A DNA stretch of 64,000 nt from Myxococcota bacterium (GTDB lineage Bacteria > Myxococcota > JACRCW01): assembly GCA_040752415.1 (NCBI GenBank), contig JBFMGU010000001.1:32001-96000 (forward strand), given 5' to 3'. The notes beneath the pieces were generated by a model. It saw nothing but the letters and a program-made list of their open reading frames with translations. It did no database searches and was not told the DNA's origin. Within the stretch, counting starts at the first letter, position 1, and every line of letters starts with the position of its first letter. The position numbers were made by a program, and so were the translations under genes. Positions 58,401 through 64,000 of this stretch are shown here, in pieces.

Positions 58401-58571
58401 AACCCCAACGCGCCGTGCACGCCGGTGAACCAGACCACCGAGGGCGCCGCCGACGGGTTCTTCTACGAGGCGGAGAGCAACTCCATCATCTTCAACGCCG
58501 GCTCCGTCCCGCAGCGCGGCCAGTACATCAAGGCGGAGTACGAGGCGCAGTGCCTGCCGCTGAGCCCGTGA
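55428..58571 (+). CDS. Lipoprotein with multiple choice-of-anchor-D (ASPM-SPD2-Hydin Ig-like) domains and a C-terminal VWA domain
   Basis: Signal with LTRCDC; repeated (A/D/N/R)FG...I.N.G...L.V/I motifs; VDVLWVVDDSGSMSEEQ (MIDAS), FLRDDAKLYVIIVSDEQDYS; ATG 55428 after GGAG. Confidence 0.8.
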   Translation: MRRSPTLLVSALVLMSLTRCDCGETLDSLPKPEVLVQDPLTGAKNDDPLDADDGNAPLQVAFGTGEVGAPVVVRKVEIKNLGNDALKVESLKFAPAAPDDPICPSPSAAIKFRGAAAFEVPAGGTQEVEVVFEPAGGSHCRILLVKSNDEDEATVKVYFTAAGEGANLCVVDNPTGVIDFGTSRPGTEKRKTQRIESCGTKSLRISDLSIDDQLNPVFTIVSPTSAPANELPPCNGSNAAECGLDVELSFIPNQGGTFSGTLNVRTQAAGGEVVYPFQLLGKGAECNLSVSPLNVNFGAVASGQSAIQTVVLRNSGVCHCEVDSISALDPADRGFSFVSPPATPFVLKGTDGCDGDPTPDADDTNTLILQVKYEPGQRPDAVTDSASFHVLSADNTTNPDFTVNLEANGGGTPRCQLEVDPVLPPTASSNNPFDLLPEGQDSYQRYGLLRFGKTNKQTTKRLPITLTNTGNAPCDINELAWDTPVTAQHHFAMEDSAGSPLFVGGNPGLSVPAGEALVLYATYTPAESGEKWVGALNVDNGTRIFLCGGFFNLEDCTGNGVRITVSNAANIDTTAIGGGPGVLSFGFNAESVEPAIEVIPGELDFGLVTLGCGSEEREVKIYNTGNGDLLVAGTSINPTTNPPEFKITASPAPPTVTVAPGQSIRVKVRFYPRHEGLHQANLVITTDEGQGNYSEFTVPLKGEGTTESHVVDVFRQLTDPMVDVLWVVDDSGSMSEEQAQLAQNFPRFFGDTTITNVDYHVAVTTTLYSEEPCFPDLSNPNATCATEPDAKAGWYTACNANEHFITRDTADPNATFACNATVGDTSNVHPSRPQSSQEAGLAAAKLFLTQPNITDPAINGGFLRDDAKLYVIIVSDEQDYSEGPTDLYVDFFQNLKGFQNRSLVSVSAIAGRVPDGCGDPNGGGAEAGTRYKDVVDGVNNGLFLDICDSQWGERLDELAFDSFGLKTQFFLTRGADPTQLTVCISDQDLNANPNAPCTPVNQTTEGAADGFFYEAESNSIIFNAGSVPQRGQYIKAEYEAQCLPLSP

Positions 58572-58677
58572 GCGGTGACGCGCGCGCCAGAAATTTGGGC
58601 GTGAGCGTGGGCTGTGTCACCTTGGAGGCGGACGGCGCCACGTGGAGGCGCTGCGCCCCTTCAAGGAGACACCCGTC

Positions 58678-58848
58678 ATGAAGCGCATGAGCCCCGCCGA
58701 GGAGCGGTTCTTCCAGAGCCTGCAGCAGTGGACCGAGCCCCAGGCCCAGCGTCGTGAGCGCGTGCTGGACGCCGGCACCGACGTGGATGCGGCAGTGGAC
58801 CGCATGTTCAACGAGCTGCTGGGTCGCAACTCCATTCCGCCGGCCTGA
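58678..58848 (+). CDS. Small hypothetical protein
   Basis: AAGGAG RBS upstream of ATG 58678; 56 aa, helical. Confidence 0.4.
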   Translation: MKRMSPAEERFFQSLQQWTEPQAQRRERVLDAGTDVDAAVDRMFNELLGRNSIPPA

Positions 58849-58854
58849 ACACGC

Positions 58855-59052
58855 GTGCGGAAGGTGCATGCCGCGGACGGCCGCTACACGCTGGAGCTCG
58901 ACGCGACCGAGCTGAAGGCCATCTGCAACTGCATCAACGAGGTGGCCCACGGTCTCCACCTGGACGCGTGGGCCATCCCCACCCGCGTGGGCGTGGAGAA
59001 GGCCGAGCTGGAGCGTCTTCTCGCCGCGCTCAGCGCCGTCCTCGACGGGTAG
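58855..59052 (+). CDS. Small hypothetical protein
   Basis: 65-aa ORF with genome-like codon usage that ends flush with the convergent LEA gene. Confidence 0.5.
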   Translation: MRKVHAADGRYTLELDATELKAICNCINEVAHGLHLDAWAIPTRVGVEKAELERLLAALSAVLDG

Positions 59053-59589
59053 TCAGGGCTTGGGCGGCGGCGTCTGCGTGTTGTCCGACGGCGCCACGCC
59101 GGGCGGGGGCATGTTGAGGAGCTGCGGCAGGGTCAGCTTGCCCTCCTCCTTCACCGGCACGCGCGCCGGTCCCAGCGGCGTGTAGAAGTCCACCCACATC
59201 TCCAGCGTGTAGGGCAGCTCTCCCATGAGCAGCAGCACCGCGCCCGCCGCCGCCACCGCGCGGTACGGCGCGCGCAACGTCACCTTGGCCAGCGCGCTGC
59301 CCCGGGCCGGCACCTCCACCGAGTCCACCGTCTCCCCGCGCGCCGTGGGCCGACCCTCGAACGTCAACGCGTAGCTCACCTTCTCCATGCGCAGGGGGAA
59401 GGGGTTGGGGTTGTCAATGTTGAGCTGCGCCTCCGCAACGAGCCCGTTGCTGTCAAAGGTCAGCGCGCTGAGACGGTGCAGCTTGATGGTGGGCATGATG
59501 AGCTGGGACGCGCGCGTGGTGGCGCAGCTCGACGAGAGCGCGACGGCCAGCAGGAACACAAGCGCAACAACGGAACGGATGCGGAGCAT
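59053..59589 (-). CDS. LEA type 2 (WHy domain) lipoprotein
   Basis: Lipobox LSSSC, NIDNPNPFPL..EKVSYAL, VPARGS. Confidence 0.8.
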   Translation of the reverse strand: MLRIRSVVALVFLLAVALSSSCATTRASQLIMPTIKLHRLSALTFDSNGLVAEAQLNIDNPNPFPLRMEKVSYALTFEGRPTARGETVDSVEVPARGSALAKVTLRAPYRAVAAAGAVLLLMGELPYTLEMWVDFYTPLGPARVPVKEEGKLTLPQLLNMPPPGVAPSDNTQTPPPKP

Positions 59590-59664
59590 GGTGGGCTCTG
59601 GTAGCGCCGGGAGGCGCACGTTGCAGCCTGCGTGCTAGCACGAGCGGGTTGGGAGGAGCGCGCG

Positions 59665-60114
59665 GTGGAGAGCTGGGAGCCGTGGATGCGGGAGGCCATC
59701 CGGGAGAGCCAGGTGGCCGCCTCCGTGGGCGACGTGCCGGTGGGCGCGGTGGTGGTCCACGACGGGCAGGTGCTGGCGCGGGGGCACAACCGTCGGGAAG
59801 CCAACCAGGACCCCACCTGGCACGCGGAGATCGAGGCGCTGCGCGCGGCGGCCAAGGCGCTGGGTCGGTGGCGACTCACCGGGTGCACGCTGGTGGTGAC
59901 CCTGGAGCCGTGCGCCATGTGCGCGTACGCGTGTGTGCTCTCTCGCGTGGACCGCGTGGTGTGGGGCGCGCCCGACCCGCGCTTTGGCGCCGGCGGGAGC
60001 CTGCACAACATCCTGGGGCATCCCGCGCACAATCACCGCCCGGACGTGGTGTGCGGCGTGCTCTCCGACGAGATCAGCGCGGAGCTGAAGGCGTTCTTCC
60101 GTGCACGGCGGTAG
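59665..60114 (+). CDS. tadA: tRNA adenosine(34) deaminase
   Basis: DVPVGAVVV, HNRRE..DPTWHAEI, TLEPCAMC, FFRARR; GTG start after GGGAGG. Confidence 0.9.
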   Translation: MESWEPWMREAIRESQVAASVGDVPVGAVVVHDGQVLARGHNRREANQDPTWHAEIEALRAAAKALGRWRLTGCTLVVTLEPCAMCAYACVLSRVDRVVWGAPDPRFGAGGSLHNILGHPAHNHRPDVVCGVLSDEISAELKAFFRARR

Positions 60115-60128
60115 GACGGCGAAAGCGG

Positions 60129-60251
60129 GAAAGGAAGTCAGAAGTCATGGCGTGTCGGAGAATCCCCAAAGAAGGAAGTCAGAAGTCAGAAGGTGGTCCC
60201 GTGACGACGACGGGCAAGCACCTTCTGACTTCTGCATTCTGACTTCCTTTC
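60129..60251. repeat. Heptamer-based (GAAGTCA/TGACTTC) nested inverted-repeat element; possible bidirectional terminator
   Basis: Outer 15-bp IR 60129-60143 / 60237-60251, inner 16-bp IR 60180-60195 / 60219-60234, innermost CCCGT/ACGGG hairpin; lies between convergent genes. Confidence 0.8.
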
Positions 60252-60284
60252 AGGAACCCTCACTTCTCAGGAACCCTCACTTCT
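60250..60284. repeat. Perfect 17-bp tandem duplication TCAGGAACCCTCACTTC
   Basis: Copies at 60250-60266 and 60267-60283; the second contains the stop codon of the minus-strand gene ending at 60277. Confidence 0.9.
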
Positions 60285-60807
60285 TCGCCGAAAGAAACTT
60301 CCCAAGCGCGCGGCCCACTTCCTCCTGGTTGGGCTTGATGAGTGCCACCGCAAACGTTTCCACCGCCTTGCCAATGCTCCCCGCCAGCAGGCGCGGCACC
60401 GGCAGCCCCGTCTTGGTGGCGTCCACCTGCAGGTCCCCGGCAATCACCATGCGCGTGTGCGCGCCCTCGTCGTAGAAGCGCGTCTCACCACGGCAGGTCA
60501 CCGCGTCCTTGAACGCCGTGATCTCCAGCGACCAGGCGCAATGCTTGCGCTCGTCATTCCACGTGGCGTGGTCCATCCAGGACAATTTGTCCTCGGTGAT
60601 CATGGACTTCAGCGGCCCCGGGACCTCCGCCTTGGCGCGCCAGCGGTTGAGCAGCTTGACGGTGTTGCCCTCCTCCTTGCGCTCCACCACCTCGATGCTC
60701 TTGACGTTGGGAATGTACTTCCCCAGCTCGGGGAGCTGGTCGCGGTAGGCGGTGTACACGTCGGAAAGCGGGTGCGGGATGCGCGTCTCGACCTGGAATG
60801 CCGTCAT
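60277..60807 (-). CDS. START/SRPBCC-superfamily (DUF2505-like) protein
   Basis: Helix-grip pattern: VYTAYRDQLPEL..YIPNVKSIEVVER, NRWRA, LSWMDHATW, long C-terminal helix. Confidence 0.7.
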   Translation of the reverse strand: MTAFQVETRIPHPLSDVYTAYRDQLPELGKYIPNVKSIEVVERKEEGNTVKLLNRWRAKAEVPGPLKSMITEDKLSWMDHATWNDERKHCAWSLEITAFKDAVTCRGETRFYDEGAHTRMVIAGDLQVDATKTGLPVPRLLAGSIGKAVETFAVALIKPNQEEVGRALGKFLSAKK

Positions 60808-62183
60808 GGTTGGACCTCGGGCTGGGGAGGGGGAGGGGGAGCGGGAGCGGCAGCATGCTCCGGCTGCGCGGTGTTTGCCAACGGCGCCACCTTCCGCAGT
60901 CGCCAGGTGAGCAGTGGCGGCGTGATCATCGTGGTCACAATCACCATGATCACCACCGCGGAGAACACCGGCTTGGACACCACCGGCTCCCCCGCCACCA
61001 CCAGCGTCATGCCAATGTTGGCAAAGATGAGCCCCACCTCACCGCGCGGAATCATCCCAATCCCCACGGTGATGCGGTCCACGCCCCGGCCCAGCACGCC
61101 CAGCCCGCACACCTGCTTGCCCAGGATGGCCACCACCGTCAGCCCCGCCGCCAGCCCCAGCACGCCCGGCTGCGTGAAGCTGGTGAGGTCGGTGCGCATG
61201 CCCATGAGCACGAAGAACACCGGCACCAGGAACCCGCTGATGGGATGGATGAGATCCTCCAGCGTGTGGTCACCCAGGCTGCGGTACTCCTGGTAGTGCA
61301 CGTCCTCCAGGATCAGCCCCGCCGCAAACGCCCCCACGATGGGCGCCAGCCCAATCACACTGGCCAGCCAGCTGAGCAGGAAGCAGAACGAGAGGCCCAC
61401 CGCCAGCAGCACGCCGCGCGCGCGCAGGTGTGAGGCCAGCCGGAACAGTCGCGGCGAGATCACCACGCCCAGCACCAGCGCCCCGACGAGGAACCCGGTG
61501 GCCTTCACCAGCGTCACCAGGATCTCCCCGTAGGAGAGCGCACCGCCGGTGGCCGCCGCGGAGATGATTCCGCTGACCACGGCCAGGATGATGAGGCCCA
61601 GCACGTCGTCGATCACGGCGGCGCCCAGGATCACGCGCGCCTCGGAGGTCTGGCTGGCGGAGAGGTCCTTGAGCACGCGCGCGGTGATGCCCACGCTGGT
61701 GGCGGTGAGCGTGGCACCCAGGAACACGTGCACGTAGACGCTGTGCCCGGGAAGCAGCCACGCGCCCACCAGCCAGCCCAGCCCGAACGGCACCACCACC
61801 CCCACCGTGGCGACGACAAACGAGCTCAACCCCACCTTGAGCATCTGCGCCACGGTGGACTCCAGCCCCACCTCGAAGAGCAGGATGAGGACGCCCAGGC
61901 GCGCGAACATGTCGACGTGGATGTCGGTCTTGATGCCCTCCAGCGCGTGGATGCCCAGCAGCGGCAGGTTCCCCAGCAGCACGCCCATCACCAGCTCACC
62001 CAGCACCTCCGGCTGGCGCAGGCGTTGGGCCACGTCTCCGCCCAGCTTGGCGCCCAGCAGCACCACCGCCAGGTACAACACCACGAGCGCCGCGGGATCC
62101 TCGTGGGCGGCCGCGCCCTCGCTGGCCAGCGCGGGGAAGGAGACCAGCACCGCCAGCAGCGCCAAGGTGAGCTTCCGGAACAT
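60804..62183 (-). CDS. Cation:proton antiporter (CPA2/NapA-like)
   Basis: QPEVLGELVMGVLLG, LLFEVGLES, ATSVGITARVL, GAAVIDDVLG, GAFAAGL, GMIPRGEVGLIFA. Confidence 0.92.
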   Translation of the reverse strand: MFRKLTLALLAVLVSFPALASEGAAAHEDPAALVVLYLAVVLLGAKLGGDVAQRLRQPEVLGELVMGVLLGNLPLLGIHALEGIKTDIHVDMFARLGVLILLFEVGLESTVAQMLKVGLSSFVVATVGVVVPFGLGWLVGAWLLPGHSVYVHVFLGATLTATSVGITARVLKDLSASQTSEARVILGAAVIDDVLGLIILAVVSGIISAAATGGALSYGEILVTLVKATGFLVGALVLGVVISPRLFRLASHLRARGVLLAVGLSFCFLLSWLASVIGLAPIVGAFAAGLILEDVHYQEYRSLGDHTLEDLIHPISGFLVPVFFVLMGMRTDLTSFTQPGVLGLAAGLTVVAILGKQVCGLGVLGRGVDRITVGIGMIPRGEVGLIFANIGMTLVVAGEPVVSKPVFSAVVIMVIVTTMITPPLLTWRLRKVAPLANTAQPEHAAAPAPPPPPQPEVQP

Positions 62184-62195
62184 GGGGGCCTTGTA

Positions 62196-62537
62196 TCAGG
62201 AGAACGTCTTCCACACGTCGGGAACGTGGCCCACCGCCGCTTGTTGCCCGCTGCGGACGATGGGCGTGCGCAACAGGAGCGGGTCATCCAGCAGGAGCTT
62301 CTCCAGCCCCGCGGGACTGAAGGCGCTGTACTTGAGCCCCTTGTCCACGTAGCGCTTGCCTTCCTTGTCCAGCAGGTTCTCCAGCCCGCCCACGCGCGCC
62401 GCCACGCTGCGCAGCTCCCCCGGGCTCATGGCCTTCTCGGCCAGGTCAATGAACTGGAAGCGCACGCCCCGCTCCTTGAAGAAACGCTCCGCCTTGCGCG
62501 TGTCCTGGCACTTCTTCGTCCCGAAAATCTGGATCAT
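62196..62537 (-). CDS. ArsC/Spx/YffB-family thioredoxin-fold protein
   Basis: IQIFGTKKCQDTRKAERFFKERG, PLLLRTPIVR. Confidence 0.85.
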   Translation of the reverse strand: MIQIFGTKKCQDTRKAERFFKERGVRFQFIDLAEKAMSPGELRSVAARVGGLENLLDKEGKRYVDKGLKYSAFSPAGLEKLLLDDPLLLRTPIVRSGQQAAVGHVPDVWKTFS

Positions 62538-62546
62538 GGCGCAGCC

Positions 62547-64000
62547 TCACCACGGCGCGGGTTTGTAGTCCTTGAAGAACTGGCCCCACGCGTGCTGCCC
62601 GGTGTTGAGGCCGTGGAAGAACGGGTCGCAGATGCGCGCGGCACCATCCACGATGTCCAGCGGCGGCTGGAAGCCCAGCTCCGCCTTGCGCGCGGCGTGC
62701 ACCGCGGGATCCTCGTCGGTGACCCAGCCGGTATCCACGCTGTTCATGTGGATGCCGTCCTTCACGTAGTCGGGCGCGGAGGTGCGCGTCATCATGTTCA
62801 GCGCCGCCTTGGCCATGTTGGTGTGCGGGTGCCGGTCGGTCTTGGCCGCGCGGTAGAACTGGCCCTCCATGGCGCTCACGTTCACCACGTGCTTGTCGCG
62901 CCCCGGCGTGCGCAGCATCAACGGCTTGAGCTTGCTGTTGAGGACAAACGGCGCCACCGCGTTCACCAGGTGCACCTCCAGCAGCTCCGGCGTGCTCACC
63001 TCCGAGAGCGTCAGCCGCCAGCTGTTGACCTCCCGCAGGTCCACCTGCTGCAGGTCCTCGTCGTAGCGGTGGCGCGGGAAGAGCTCCCGCCCGGGGATGA
63101 AGTCCTCATCCAGGAAGCGCACCTGGCTCAGCATGGCGGAGCCCCACACGCCCACGCCCGGCGCGCCCGCCGTCACCGGCATGAGCTGGCGTGCCACCTC
63201 CGTCGTCGGGGCGGCGGCCTGTGAGCGGAGCGTGCGCTTGAGCTCCTCGTGACTGTCCAGCAGACGGCGTTGCTCGCCGGGGAGCGCACCGGGCGCCAGC
63301 GACTCCCGTTCCAGCAGGTGCGCGTAGAACGCGGGCGGACGACGCACGGTCTGGCACGCGTTGTTGATGATGATGTCCAGCCGGGGCAGCGTCTGGCACA
63401 GGTGACGCGCCAGCAGCTCCACGGCGGGAGAGTGGCGCAGGTCCAGGCCGTGGATGTGCAGGCGCCCCTGCCACGACGGGAAATCCGGCTCCCGGGAGAA
63501 ACGCTCCGCGGCGTCCTGCGGGAAGCGCGTGGTGGCCACCACGGTGGCGCCGGCGCGCAGCACCATCAGCGCGGCCTGGTAGCCGATCTTCACGCGCGCA
63601 CCGGTGATGAGTGCCACGCGTCCGGTGAGGTCGGCGGTCTGGGAGCGCTTGGCGTAGTTGAAGTCGCCGCATTCCGCGCACATGGCGTCGTAGAAGAAGT
63701 GCACCTTCCGGAAGGGCTGCTTGCACACGTAGCAGTGGCGCTCCTGTCCCAGCTCAGGCCCGGCGCGCTGCTCCGGCGCCTCCTCCGGCGGGGTGAGCCA
63801 CAGCGGCGTGTACACCGGGGCCTTGCGCTGCACGCGCAGCCCGCTCTGGCTGAGCGCCGCCAGGTCCGCATCCCGCTGCGCCTTGCGGTCCGCGCGACGC
63901 AGCGCCTTGGTGAGCCGCACCACCTCGTGACGCTCCGGCCGCGCCACCCGCCCGGCCAGCATCACCAGCTCCTTGCGCTCCTCCGCCGGGACGCCGGCCA
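62547..64000 (-). CDS. SDR-family oxidoreductase with N-terminal Cys4 zinc-finger-like motif; 5' end probably lies outside the window
   Basis: CYVC..HFFYDAMCAEC, ALITGARVKIG, INNACQTVRRP, VNVSAMEG, HPHTNMAKAALNM, NSVDTGW; frame is open to the window edge. Confidence 0.85.
   Translation of the reverse strand, partial: AGVPAEERKELVMLAGRVARPERHEVVRLTKALRRADRKAQRDADLAALSQSGLRVQRKAPVYTPLWLTPPEEAPEQRAGPELGQERHCYVCKQPFRKVHFFYDAMCAECGDFNYAKRSQTADLTGRVALITGARVKIGYQAALMVLRAGATVVATTRFPQDAAERFSREPDFPSWQGRLHIHGLDLRHSPAVELLARHLCQTLPRLDIIINNACQTVRRPPAFYAHLLERESLAPGALPGEQRRLLDSHEELKRTLRSQAAAPTTEVARQLMPVTAGAPGVGVWGSAMLSQVRFLDEDFIPGRELFPRHRYDEDLQQVDLREVNSWRLTLSEVSTPELLEVHLVNAVAPFVLNSKLKPLMLRTPGRDKHVVNVSAMEGQFYRAAKTDRHPHTNMAKAALNMMTRTSAPDYVKDGIHMNSVDTGWVTDEDPAVHAARKAELGFQPPLDIVDGAARICDPFFHGLNTGQHAWGQFFKDYKPAPW

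Noticed and set aside
60115..60276. tRNA gene downstream of tadA
   Set aside because: No cloverleaf, T-loop GTTCRA or CCA end; the region is explained by the inverted repeats
60820..60846. G-run tract as a regulatory G-quadruplex
   Set aside because: It simply encodes the poly-Pro tail of the antiporter on the minus strand
62196..62537. Arsenic resistance operon (ArsC-like gene plus the TIGR04282 gene)
   Set aside because: The protein is the single-Cys YffB/Spx-like type, lies 18 kb from the TIGR04282 gene, and no arsR/arsB/acr3/arsM is present

Overview
High-GC bacterial DNA, most consistent with a Myxococcota-like organism (CglD-like lipoprotein, Pkn-type Ser/Thr kinase, choice-of-anchor-D/VWA lipoprotein). 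It has two parts. (1) 1-27250 is the downstream portion of a surface-glycan biosynthesis locus. It contains an AsnB-like amidotransferase fragment; a HisF/HisH/N-acetyl-sugar amidotransferase triad; a legionaminic-acid-type pathway with a fused NeuA-NeuB protein, NeuC, a CBS-nucleotidyltransferase and LegB/LegC-like enzymes; an AlgI-type MBOAT with an SGNH-like partner; an OafA acyltransferase; a methyltransferase; an ABC flippase; a KpsS-like transferase; a 3-amino-sugar module; and several glycosyltransferases. (2) 27250-64000 looks like core genome. It holds lysA-dapA-dapB plus an outer-membrane protein, two Ig/PKD lipoproteins, alaS, pcm, an IxxN heptad-repeat coiled-coil protein, a CHASE2 adenylate cyclase with unusual insertions, and two glycosyltransferases. 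It continues with a 2301-aa CglD-like adhesin, a Ser/Thr kinase, an M23 peptidase, a second VWA adhesin, tadA, a START-domain protein, a cation/H+ antiporter, an ArsC-like protein and a truncated SDR. Two nested inverted-repeat elements sit between convergent genes (34864-35018, 60129-60284). No rRNA, tRNA, CRISPR array, integrase or transposase was seen. All family assignments come from motif recognition by eye, with no database search.
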